A stretch of 64,000 nucleotides of DNA from Synergistota bacterium (GTDB lineage: Bacteria; Synergistota; GBS-1), in the NCBI GenBank assembly GCA_025060595.1, contig JANXBX010000001.1:185696-249695 (forward strand), written 5' to 3'. Under the pieces are notes generated by a model. The model saw nothing but the letters and a program-made list of their open reading frames with translations. It had not been told where the DNA came from and ran no database searches. Shown piece by piece: positions 19,146 to 28,246 of this stretch. The translations under genes were made by a program, and so were the position numbers. Within the stretch, counting starts at the first letter, position 1; every line of letters begins with the position of its first letter.

Positions 19146-20270
19146 ATGAGGATTGCGATAAAAAGGTTATCTACCATAACTTACGATGAGATTAGGGACA
19201 AAGTAAGAGAAATATTTGATCTTCTTGGAGGAATTGAAAAATTTTTATCTCCCAAAGATAAGGTCTTAATAAAGCCTAACTTGCTTTCACCGTCAAAAGT
19301 AGAAGAAGCTAGAATAACTGATCCCAGAGTTATAGAAGCAGTGGTTGAAATAATTCATCCTATAGTATCAGAAGTCTGGATAGGAGATAGTTCTGGAGTG
19401 TCTACGAAGAGCGGAACCCAAAAAACTATGGAAAGTATAAATTTACATAAAATACCTGAAAAGTTTCCAAAAGTTAAATTAAGAAACTTCGATGAAGAAA
19501 GCAGAAAACCTTATGAGATAAGCTTAGGGAAAAAGGGTAAAATGCAGATTACAATAGCAGAAGCAGTTTTTCAAGCTGATAAGATAATAAATCTACCTAA
19601 ACTTAAGACACATAATCTCACTGTAATAACATGTGCCGTTAAAAATACCTTTGGATGCCTTCCAGGAAGCCAGAAAGCGAGAGTTCATGCTGAAGCTAAA
19701 GATCCGGAAAGCTTTGCTCATGCCTTAATAGATATTCATCTTGCGGTTAAACCAATCCTTACAATTGTAGATGCAACTATTTCTATGGAAGGAGAAGGCC
19801 CGGCCTGGGGAAAACCTAAAGAAACAAAACTTCTCTTTGGAGGAGAAAACCCTTTTGCAGTAGATATAGTGGCATCAAGAATAATAGGCTTTATACCTAC
19901 TAAAATACCTACAATAAAAGTAGCAGAAGAAAGAGGATTAAACCCAGAAAGGATAGATATACTAGGAGAAAGATTAGAAGAAATAAGCTATAGCTTTGAA
20001 GCCCCTAAAAGCACCTTATTTGCCAGAGCTCTACCTTCCTTCATATGGAGAGGATTGACACCGAAAGTAAAGATGGATGAAAATAAATGTGTTAAGTGCG
20101 GAATATGCATTAAGCACTGTCCAGTAGGAGCGATAACATTTAACCCATTTCCAAAAGTTGACCATGGAAGATGTATTTTGTGCTTTTGCTGCCATGAACT
20201 TTGCCCAGTGGGAGCAGTACAAATCCAAGAAAGGATATTGTCTAGGATATTCTTACGTGGGGTGGTATAA
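19146..20270 (+). CDS. DUF362 domain protein with C-terminal 2x[4Fe-4S] ferredoxin domain
   Basis: DUF362-type N-terminus (VLIKPN...); CVKCGICIKHCP and CILCFCCHELCP cluster motifs. Confidence 0.7.
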   Translation: MRIAIKRLSTITYDEIRDKVREIFDLLGGIEKFLSPKDKVLIKPNLLSPSKVEEARITDPRVIEAVVEIIHPIVSEVWIGDSSGVSTKSGTQKTMESINLHKIPEKFPKVKLRNFDEESRKPYEISLGKKGKMQITIAEAVFQADKIINLPKLKTHNLTVITCAVKNTFGCLPGSQKARVHAEAKDPESFAHALIDIHLAVKPILTIVDATISMEGEGPAWGKPKETKLLFGGENPFAVDIVASRIIGFIPTKIPTIKVAEERGLNPERIDILGERLEEISYSFEAPKSTLFARALPSFIWRGLTPKVKMDENKCVKCGICIKHCPVGAITFNPFPKVDHGRCILCFCCHELCPVGAVQIQERILSRIFLRGVV

Positions 20271-20273
20271 GTC

Positions 20274-20801
20274 GTGAACGTAGCAATTAAGCTGACTCTT
20301 CTAAGAATGATTTTAACTATACCGTTTATAGTATCTTGCCTATTAGAGGAAGGAAGCTTAAAGTTTATATCCCTTATCCTGTTTTCAATCGCTTCCTTAA
20401 CCGATTATCTTGATGGTAGAATCGCTAGAGCAAAAAATATAATTACAGATGCCGGTAAAATACTTGATCCAATAGCAGATAAAATCCTGATAACAGGAGC
20501 CTTCGTTAGCTTCGTCCAACTAGGCAAGGTTCCCGCTTGGATAGCAATTGTCATAATATCAAGAGAGTTTTTGGTAACAGGATTAAGAACCTTAGCGGCC
20601 AACAAAAACGTTATAATAGCAGCAAGCTCTTTTGGAAAAGCTAAGATGTTTCTTCAAACTATAGCAGTGTTTCTCATACTACTGGGATTTAATGAAATTA
20701 TAAATCTTTTAGTGCTATGGGCAACAGCCATAATAACTATATTATCAGGCTTAGACTACTTTATTAAAAACAGAAATATAATAAAGGAGGCCCTAAAGTA
20801 A
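20274..20801 (+). CDS. pgsA: CDP-diacylglycerol--glycerol-3-phosphate 3-phosphatidyltransferase
   Basis: CDP-alcohol phosphatidyltransferase motif DYLDGRIAR...; GTG start with GGGGTGG RBS. Confidence 0.85.
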   Translation: MNVAIKLTLLRMILTIPFIVSCLLEEGSLKFISLILFSIASLTDYLDGRIARAKNIITDAGKILDPIADKILITGAFVSFVQLGKVPAWIAIVIISREFLVTGLRTLAANKNVIIAASSFGKAKMFLQTIAVFLILLGFNEIINLLVLWATAIITILSGLDYFIKNRNIIKEALK

Positions 20802-21409
20802 TGGATTTCCTTCCCTTTATCATAATAGGGTTCCTGTTTGGTTCCTTTCCAACAGGATATGTTTACGGAAAGCTAGCCTCCGGAATAGACATAAGAAAAT
20901 ACGGAAGCGGAAACATAGGTATGGCAAATGTTAGAAGAACCTTAGGGAAAAAAGCCGGGGTTATCACCCTTATTGGAGACCTTATTAAAGGAGCTATTCC
21001 CTATTTTATAGCACTTAAATTCACTGGTTCCCATGAAATAGCCTTATTCTCTGGCTTCGCCTCTATATGCGGACATATATGGACTCCTTTCCTAAAATTT
21101 AAGGGGGGAAAGGGAATAGCTACAACTTATGGAGTACTTGCGGCAGCCTCCCTACCAGTAGCAATCCTCTCAGCCCTAGTCTGGTACACAATGGTTAAAA
21201 TAACAAGATACTCATCTTTGGGTTCACTATGTGGAGTTGGTTCAAGCATAGCTTGGGCTTATATTTTGCCCTTCTCTCCAAAATCACTCCCTCTCTTCTC
21301 AATAATAACTTTTATCCTGGTTCTTTACACTCATAGAGAGAATATAAAAAGGCTAATCAGGGGGGAAGAGCTAACGATAGATGGAAAACCCAAGGATAGA
21401 AGAGCTTGA
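20801..21409 (+). CDS. plsY: Glycerol-3-phosphate acyltransferase PlsY
   Basis: GSGNIGMANV motif; AAGGAGG RBS. Confidence 0.9.
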   Translation: MDFLPFIIIGFLFGSFPTGYVYGKLASGIDIRKYGSGNIGMANVRRTLGKKAGVITLIGDLIKGAIPYFIALKFTGSHEIALFSGFASICGHIWTPFLKFKGGKGIATTYGVLAAASLPVAILSALVWYTMVKITRYSSLGSLCGVGSSIAWAYILPFSPKSLPLFSIITFILVLYTHRENIKRLIRGEELTIDGKPKDRRA

Positions 21410-22244
21410 AGCTATTGCTTCACCATGTAGGCTTTGCCCTCACAAATGTGAAGCAAATAGAAAAGAAGGAAAAGCGGGCTTTTGTAGAGTCCCTACGCTA
21501 GATCCGATAGTTAGTAGCTATGGTCCTCATTTCGGAGAAGAAAGCTTTCTTGTCGGGAGAGGAGGCTCTGGAACTATATTCTTCACATACTGCAATATGA
21601 AATGCGTTTTCTGTCAAAACTATGATATAAGTCAGCTAGGATCTGGTAGAGTTATTAAAGTAGAGGATTTAGCTAAGATAATGCTCATCCTTCAAAGAGC
21701 AGGATGCCATAACATAAATCTCGTAACACCAACCCCTCATATATACTCAATCGCTAAAGCTATAGAACTTGCCAAGTCTAAAGGCTTAGAGCTTCCCATA
21801 GTCTATAACTGTGGAGGATATGAATCTGTTGAAACACTTAAACTTTTAAGAGGATTAATCGATATTTATATGCCAGATTTCAAATATGGAGATTCTGAAG
21901 TAGGAGAGGAGTTATCCAAAGTTAAAAATTACACAGAAATTGCTCTTCAAGCCATAGAAGAAATGCTCTCTCAGGTAGGCCACTTAGAGATAGGCCCTGA
22001 TGGAATAGCGAAAAAAGGGGTTTTCATAAGACATCTTATAATGCCCAATGATGCAGCCTCATCATTTAAGGCTCTTGAGCTTCTTGCTAAGAACTTTCCA
22101 GGCATAGCTATTAACATCATGGACCAATATTATCCAACACACCTTGCAAACAACTATCCTAAAATCTCAAGAAGAATAAATACAAGGGAATGGGGCGAAA
22201 CTCTAAAGTTTGCACGGGCTCTTAATATAAGAGTAGTAAGCTAG
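21381..22244 (+). CDS. Radical SAM protein, PflX/PflA-like (COG1313-type)
   Basis: N-terminal CRLCPHKC motif followed by CNMKCVFC (Cx3Cx2C) radical-SAM motif. Confidence 0.7.
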   Translation: MENPRIEELEAIASPCRLCPHKCEANRKEGKAGFCRVPTLDPIVSSYGPHFGEESFLVGRGGSGTIFFTYCNMKCVFCQNYDISQLGSGRVIKVEDLAKIMLILQRAGCHNINLVTPTPHIYSIAKAIELAKSKGLELPIVYNCGGYESVETLKLLRGLIDIYMPDFKYGDSEVGEELSKVKNYTEIALQAIEEMLSQVGHLEIGPDGIAKKGVFIRHLIMPNDAASSFKALELLAKNFPGIAINIMDQYYPTHLANNYPKISRRINTREWGETLKFARALNIRVVS

Positions 22245-24216
22245 CTCCTCTTACGATGATTGCTAAAGAGAAAGCAACTACAAAAGTTAAAAGAAGAACA
22301 AAAAACGATCTTTTAAGACCTATTTCCCTTATTAACGCCCCCAAGGTAGAAACGCAAGGAAAGTAAAAGACAACAAAGACAGTAAAAATAAACATTTGAG
22401 AGGGAAGAAGAGAAAGCTCTCCACCTAAAGCCTGCCTAAGCATCAGCAGAGAAAGCTCCTTCCTTAATATACCAAAAATAAGCGTAATACCCACCTCTGT
22501 CGGAAGGCCAAGAGGGTAAGTTACGAAGCTTAAGTAAGAGTTTATCCTATTCTCAAAGCCATAGTAAGTAATCAAGGATAAGAAAATACTTCCTCCTATA
22601 AGAAGCGGCCAGGCTATAATAATAAACTCCCTTAACCTTAACCATGTTTTAGCTAAAAGACCCCTTAAAGTGGGTAAGCGATACGGAGGTACCTCCATTA
22701 TCAATCCTTCACAATACCCAGGCAAAAGCTTTGAAATTCCCCAACCTAAAAATCCTATCACTATAAGATTTAGAACATAAAGGAGAAAAACTAATTCCCC
22801 ACCAAGATAAAAACCAACAAGACCCATTATTATGGTCATTCGGGCAGCACAGGGAACCAGAACCGTTAAAATGGATGCTATAAATCGATCACGGGAACTC
22901 TCAAGTATTCTCACAGCCATAACAGCTGGAACGTTACACCCATAACCAAGAATTAAAGGGAGTATGGCTTTGCCATGAAGCCCTACCTTATGCATCAGAG
23001 CATCCATTAAAAAGGCAATCCTAGGGAGATAACCTAAATCCTCAAGAAAAGATAAGCCAAATAGAAAGGGAACAAGATATGGTAAAACGATAGCAAGTCC
23101 ACCTGTAAAGCCATCATATAGTCCCTTTAAAACATATGAAAATAGACTTTGAGAGCTAAATAAGAAAGATAGCCTCTCGTGAAGCTCTTCAAAGAACCTT
23201 AGCAAGGGGGCTTCAATCAGTGAGCCAAACTTAAAAACAAAAGTAAAAAAGAGGTAAAGAGTAAAAAACAGCAAGAAATAACCCACATACGGATTAAGAA
23301 CGAGGGAATCCAGTCTATCTTTTAAGGTTTCCTTGCCTCGTTTAACCTTTGCAACTTGCTCAAATATACTAAAAGCAAGTGAATGCCTTTGCGAAGCTAT
23401 CACTTCTTCCGGTTCCCTATTATACTCCCTTATAATACTCTCCCTAATTTTTTCGACCAAAACCTTAATATCAGGAGCATATCTATAGACTATGGAAGAT
23501 ATCTCCTCATCTCCCTCTATAAGCTTTAAAGCGATAAACCTTACCGGAAACTTTCCTATTATATCTACTCCTTTTAGCCTGCCCTCTAACTCCAGTACTT
23601 CCCTTTCTATAGCCCCACAGAACCTAGGGGGAAAAGCCCTGACTCTCTCCTCAGTTGCCCTGAGAGCAGCTTCAAAAAGCTCCTTTATCCCTCTACCTCT
23701 ATTAGCAACAGTAGTAACAACGGGAACACCTAAAACTTTTGAAAGTTTATCCACATCAATGATCATTCCTTTCTCTACAGCCTCATCCATCATGTTAAGA
23801 CAAAGAATCATGGGAAGCTCAAGCTCCATCAGCTCAATGGTAAATTCGAGACTCCTTGAAAGAAGAGAAGCATCCACAACGTTTATATAAAGATCAGCAC
23901 CCGTCTTAAGTATGAACTTGCGAGCTTCTTTTTCAGCCTCATCAACAGGAGAGAGGGAATATATACCAGGGAGATCTATAAGCTCAAAAATTCTATTACC
24001 GAAGCGAATATCGCTCATCGTATAAGAAACAGTTGTTCCTGGAAAGTTAGAAGCTATAGATTTATACCCTGCTACTTGATTGAATATAGTGCTTTTACCA
24101 CAATTAGGCTGTCCTACCAATGCGATTCTTACTCTATCTTTTCCACCCAAATTCTCGAAGCAACCCCTTTCCCAAGAGCAATCCTCGTATTGTTGACCTC
24201 TACCATTAAGGGGCAA
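22222..24216 (-). CDS. feoB: Ferrous iron transporter FeoB
   Basis: G-protein domain GQPNCGKSTIFN plus polytopic C-terminal permease. The track start is TTG and overlaps feoA by 88 nt; the true start is probably near 24150 (TTG) or another non-ATG codon. Confidence 0.9.
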   Translation of the reverse strand: MPLNGRGQQYEDCSWERGCFENLGGKDRVRIALVGQPNCGKSTIFNQVAGYKSIASNFPGTTVSYTMSDIRFGNRIFELIDLPGIYSLSPVDEAEKEARKFILKTGADLYINVVDASLLSRSLEFTIELMELELPMILCLNMMDEAVEKGMIIDVDKLSKVLGVPVVTTVANRGRGIKELFEAALRATEERVRAFPPRFCGAIEREVLELEGRLKGVDIIGKFPVRFIALKLIEGDEEISSIVYRYAPDIKVLVEKIRESIIREYNREPEEVIASQRHSLAFSIFEQVAKVKRGKETLKDRLDSLVLNPYVGYFLLFFTLYLFFTFVFKFGSLIEAPLLRFFEELHERLSFLFSSQSLFSYVLKGLYDGFTGGLAIVLPYLVPFLFGLSFLEDLGYLPRIAFLMDALMHKVGLHGKAILPLILGYGCNVPAVMAVRILESSRDRFIASILTVLVPCAARMTIIMGLVGFYLGGELVFLLYVLNLIVIGFLGWGISKLLPGYCEGLIMEVPPYRLPTLRGLLAKTWLRLREFIIIAWPLLIGGSIFLSLITYYGFENRINSYLSFVTYPLGLPTEVGITLIFGILRKELSLLMLRQALGGELSLLPSQMFIFTVFVVFYFPCVSTLGALIREIGLKRSFFVLLLTFVVAFSLAIIVRGASLLLLY

Positions 24217-24368
24217 CCTAAGACAGCGCTCTTTGCAACTTTAACTTCAACACCAGGAAATATCCCCAACTGAATTAATCTTACTCTAAAAACCCTTCCC
24301 CCTACTATGTCTACAACTTTACCTCTTTCCCCTTCACTTAATCTATCTAAAGGGAGGGTTTCCCTCAT
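24129..24368 (-). CDS. feoA: FeoA family protein
   Basis: 79-aa SH3-like protein directly upstream of feoB; consensus -10 TATAAT in the upstream region. Confidence 0.8.
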   Translation of the reverse strand: MRETLPLDRLSEGERGKVVDIVGGRVFRVRLIQLGIFPGVEVKVAKSAVLGCPLMVEVNNTRIALGKGVASRIWVEKIE

Positions 24369-24446
24369 TTACATCCCACCTTTAACTATTATAAGGGGGG
24401 TCATTTCAGCTTAAAGTATTATACTCTATTTTAAACCATAAAAAAA

Positions 24447-24475
24447 GCGCCTCCTTAGTCAAGGAGGCGCTTTTT
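24447..24475. terminator. Bidirectional rho-independent terminator GCGCCTCCTT-AGTC-AAGGAGGCGC flanked by A7 and T5 runs
   Basis: Perfect 10-bp GC-rich stem with U-tracts on both transcripts; terminates the uxuA-containing minus-strand operon. Confidence 0.75.
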
Positions 24476-24494
24476 AATAAAAAATATATTAAGA

Positions 24495-25577
24495 TTAACA
24501 ATACCTTTCCTTCATCTTACAAACGGCTTCCCAAAGCCCTAAAAGATAAGTTATACCCAAAGCCCTATCATAAAGACCATATCCAGGACGACCTTTCTCA
24601 CCCCATATCATCCTACCATGATCTGGTCTCACATAGCCTTTGTAATCCACATCACAAAGGGCTTTTACAATCTCAAACATATCATGAGAACCACAGAAAG
24701 AAGGATGAGCCGTCTCATAAAACTTTCCACGCTCTACTATTTTGAGGTTTCTAAGATGAGCAAAATGTATTCTTCCCATTTTCCCGAAGTAGCGAATCAT
24801 CTCCGGTATGTTGTTATCAGGGTTAGCTCCAAGCGATCCCATACAAAAAGTCAAACCATTATAAGGACTATCAACAGCCTTTAAGAAACGCTCTATGTTC
24901 TCCTTATTAGTAACTATCCTAGGAAGACCAAATATACTCCATGGTGGATCGTCGGGGTGAATGGCAAGCTTAACATCACACTCCTCACATGTAGGAATAA
25001 CAGCTTTAAGGAAGTAAACAAGATTTTCGAGAAGTTTATTTTCATCTATACTCTTATAAAGTTTGAAGGTCTCCTCAAGCTTAGCAAGTCTATCCCACTC
25101 CCATCCAGGGAGAATAACCCCATGAGAACCCTCTTTAACTCTCCTTATTAACTCCTGCGGCGTTATATTCTCTATCAAGCTATGATCATATTCCATAACC
25201 TCCGAGCCATCGGGCAACTTTTTGTGAAGATCCGTTCTCATCCAATCAAATACAGGCATGAAGTTATAGCATATAACCTTTACCCCAACCTTAGATAAAT
25301 TCTTTATCGTTTCTATATAGTTCTCTATATATCTATCTCTCGTAGGAAGACCAAGCTTGATATCCTCATGTACGTTTACACTCTCTATAACCTCCAGAGT
25401 AAGACCCGCCCTTTCAACCACTTCCTTTAGCCGCTTAATCTTCTCAAGAGGCCAAACCTCACCCACAGGAACATCAAACAAAGCTCCCACAACTCCAACA
25501 ACACCAGGAATCTGTCTTATCTGCTCTAAGGTTATATGATCATTTCCTTCCCCATACCACCTAAAGACCATCTTCAT
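24495..25577 (-). CDS. uxuA: Mannonate dehydratase
   Basis: MKMVFRWYGEGNDHITLEQIRQIPG N-terminus typical of UxuA; 360 aa. Confidence 0.9.
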   Translation of the reverse strand: MKMVFRWYGEGNDHITLEQIRQIPGVVGVVGALFDVPVGEVWPLEKIKRLKEVVERAGLTLEVIESVNVHEDIKLGLPTRDRYIENYIETIKNLSKVGVKVICYNFMPVFDWMRTDLHKKLPDGSEVMEYDHSLIENITPQELIRRVKEGSHGVILPGWEWDRLAKLEETFKLYKSIDENKLLENLVYFLKAVIPTCEECDVKLAIHPDDPPWSIFGLPRIVTNKENIERFLKAVDSPYNGLTFCMGSLGANPDNNIPEMIRYFGKMGRIHFAHLRNLKIVERGKFYETAHPSFCGSHDMFEIVKALCDVDYKGYVRPDHGRMIWGEKGRPGYGLYDRALGITYLLGLWEAVCKMKERYC

Positions 25578-25581
25578 CCCC

Positions 25582-27243
25582 TTATCCCTCCCTTAAAACC
25601 TCTTCTAGGGTCTTCTTAACAGCACCTGGACCAGATATCATCTTCTTGAAATAACCTTCTATCTTTTTGCCTAAACCAACCTCATACAGATTAACCCTAA
25701 ATAGCTGAGGACTAGAAAGTATAGGCTTTAGAGCATCTTTAACAGAATCAGGATCACCGAACTTAACTGAAGAAACATATCCCCTTAAAGCTTCTAACAA
25801 TGGATCAGGGCTTAACTCCATTCTCTTACCTTCGTCGTCTATACCCATCAGATACCTACACCAGCCAGCTATAACCAAGGGTATATATTTTAACTCTTTA
25901 ACATCCAAGTCTGGCCTCTCATGATAAGATCTTATGGTCTCTCCAAACCTTATAGGAACCTTTTGAGAAGTATCAGTTGCAATTCTCTGTGGAGTATCAG
26001 GCATATAAGGATTAGGAAGTCTCTCCTTTATAACTTCCTCTAAAAAGCTCTTAGGGCTTATTATCTTTGGATCAACAACAACTTTCATACCTTCCTCCCC
26101 AACGCCTTCTACAAGCTTCGCCAAAAGAGGATCTTTCATTTCATCAGCTATAGTTTTATAGCCTAAAAGGCAACCAAAAACAGCTAAAGAAGTATGAAGT
26201 GGGTTAAGACAAGCGGTAACTTTCATCCTCTCAGATTTCTCCACTGTTTCCCTATCAGTTAAAAATACATTTCTATCGCTTCCCTCCAGGGCTGGTCTTC
26301 CATTGGGGAAACTATCTTCTATAACCAGATATTGCGCTCTTTCCATATTCACAAAAGGAGCTATAAAGGTCTTCTTATCAGTTACACATATGTCCATATC
26401 AACCAACCCAAGCCCTTCAAGATGTTTTTTGATAACTTCTGATGGCCTCGGGACTATCTTATCTATCATGCTCCAGGGGAATGCAACTTCCTTATTTATA
26501 TAATTCAAAAATGCTTCCTCAACCATCTTCCCTTTAACCCATTCTTCCGCTATCTTATACACAGAGGAGTAAAGCTTTTCCCCGTTCTTAGAGAAATTAT
26601 CTAGGCTAAGCATTGCTACCGGCAACCTACCTGCTTTAAACCTTTCATAAAGCAGGGATGTAACCTTACCCATAGAGCTTTTAGGCATAACAGGACCATT
26701 CTTCATATCCTCTAATACTATAGGATAGAGCTTTCCTTCCTGATCCTCAAGATTGTACCCCTTTTCAGTGATAGTCAATGATACTATTTGAAGAGAAGGG
26801 GATCTGAACATCTCTTTCAAGCTATTCCAATCTTCATATAAAGGATCACCTTTAAAACCACAAACTATGCTACCTACAACTTTCTTTTCCAATGTACCGT
26901 CACTATTTATAGTTATAGCTATACAGAGGTTGTCATAAGGGTAATATATTTTGTCTATTATCTCATAATCGAAAAGCTCCACTCCTATTACACCGGTATC
27001 TTCCTTTCCACTTTCAATCATATTCTGTACTATACCAGCTATAAATCCTCTGAATATGTTACCTGCTCCAAAGTGAATCAATTTCGGAGCTTTAAGAGTT
27101 CTCTCTCTCACCCTCTCTATGTCGAACTTAGGAAGACTAAAACCTTTATCAAGCCATGATTTTTTATCTTTTATGCCATCCAAACTAAGCCTAAGCAAGA
27201 TCCTATCACCTCTCAACCCTTCCCGAAGTAGCTCCACCAGCAA
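25582..27243 (-). CDS. uxuB: Mannitol dehydrogenase-family oxidoreductase, probable D-mannonate oxidoreductase (fructuronate reductase)
   Basis: HFGAGNIFRGF Rossmann motif of the long-chain mannitol dehydrogenase family. Context uxaC/uxuA/kdgK. N-terminal extension, so the start is uncertain. Confidence 0.75.
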   Translation of the reverse strand: MLVELLREGLRGDRILLRLSLDGIKDKKSWLDKGFSLPKFDIERVRERTLKAPKLIHFGAGNIFRGFIAGIVQNMIESGKEDTGVIGVELFDYEIIDKIYYPYDNLCIAITINSDGTLEKKVVGSIVCGFKGDPLYEDWNSLKEMFRSPSLQIVSLTITEKGYNLEDQEGKLYPIVLEDMKNGPVMPKSSMGKVTSLLYERFKAGRLPVAMLSLDNFSKNGEKLYSSVYKIAEEWVKGKMVEEAFLNYINKEVAFPWSMIDKIVPRPSEVIKKHLEGLGLVDMDICVTDKKTFIAPFVNMERAQYLVIEDSFPNGRPALEGSDRNVFLTDRETVEKSERMKVTACLNPLHTSLAVFGCLLGYKTIADEMKDPLLAKLVEGVGEEGMKVVVDPKIISPKSFLEEVIKERLPNPYMPDTPQRIATDTSQKVPIRFGETIRSYHERPDLDVKELKYIPLVIAGWCRYLMGIDDEGKRMELSPDPLLEALRGYVSSVKFGDPDSVKDALKPILSSPQLFRVNLYEVGLGKKIEGYFKKMISGPGAVKKTLEEVLREG

Positions 27244-28228
27244 GTTTTTCCACTTCGTCCTCGCTTAAACAAGAGAAATCACCAGGAATAGTATGCTTAA
27301 GACAGGAAGCTGCTCCGGCAAACTCTGCTTTCTTCTGAGAATCATATCCCTTAAGAGTAGCATATATTAATCCGCCAGCGAAACAATCTCCAGCTCCAAC
27401 TCTGTCCACTATATAGTGAATTTCATACCTATTCGAGAAGTAAGGCTTACCATTTTCAAATATCATAACAGACCAGAAGTTGACCGTAGCAGAAAGGCTC
27501 TCTCTTAAAGTTATTCCCACCGTTTCAAGCTTATACTTACTAGCAATCTCTTCCGCAACCTTAACATAAGCCTCTCTTATAATCTTTCCTGTCTTAAGGT
27601 CCAAACCTTCTATATGCATGCCCAAAACCTTTTCCATGTCTTCCTCGTTAGCTATAAGAACGTCCACGTATTCCATAAAAGGTATCATAACCCTTTGAGC
27701 TTCCTCTTTACTCCAGAGCTTAGCCCTATAGTTTAAGTCGCAGCTCACCTTTACTCCTTTCCCTTTTGCAACCTCAAGAGCATCCTTAACTATCAGAGGA
27801 AGCTCCTTACCCAAAGGTGGAGTTATACCAGAAAAGTGAAACCATTTAGCTCCATCAAGTATCCTCTCCCAGTTGAAATCCTCTCTCTTTGCTGCTGATA
27901 TTGCAGAACCAGCTCTATCATACACAACCTTACTTGCCCTCTGAGAAGCACCTATCTCCAAGAAGTATATTCCTATTCTCTCCCCCCCTCTTGCAATATA
28001 GTCAGTTCTAACTCCATACTTTCTCAAATGCCCAATGGCAGCATCTCCCAAGGGATTTTTAGGTAGCTTAGAAACGAAATAAGCCTCAAATCCCATTTGA
28101 GCTAAGAAAGCAGCCACATTAGCCTCGGCTCCGCCATAGGTAACATCGAAACTCTCTGCCTGAAATAACCTCTTATAGTTGGGAGGACTTAACCTAAGCA
28201 TAATCTCACCAAAAGTTACCACCTTCAT
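27206..28228 (-). CDS. kdgK: 2-dehydro-3-deoxygluconokinase (PfkB family)
   Basis: MKVVTFGEIMLRLSP N-terminus and GAGD anion-hole motif near the C-terminus. Confidence 0.85.
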   Translation of the reverse strand: MKVVTFGEIMLRLSPPNYKRLFQAESFDVTYGGAEANVAAFLAQMGFEAYFVSKLPKNPLGDAAIGHLRKYGVRTDYIARGGERIGIYFLEIGASQRASKVVYDRAGSAISAAKREDFNWERILDGAKWFHFSGITPPLGKELPLIVKDALEVAKGKGVKVSCDLNYRAKLWSKEEAQRVMIPFMEYVDVLIANEEDMEKVLGMHIEGLDLKTGKIIREAYVKVAEEIASKYKLETVGITLRESLSATVNFWSVMIFENGKPYFSNRYEIHYIVDRVGAGDCFAGGLIYATLKGYDSQKKAEFAGAASCLKHTIPGDFSCLSEDEVEKLAGGATSGRVER

Positions 28229-28246
28229 TTTAGTACACCTCCTATA

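Noticed and set aside
24129-24216. 88-nt overlap between feoA and feoB ORFs, which could look like a frameshift or fusion
   Set aside because: The overlap comes from the track choosing the most upstream TTG. The FeoB G-domain begins about 30 codons downstream, so the real start is probably a later non-ATG codon. There is no evidence of a pseudogene.
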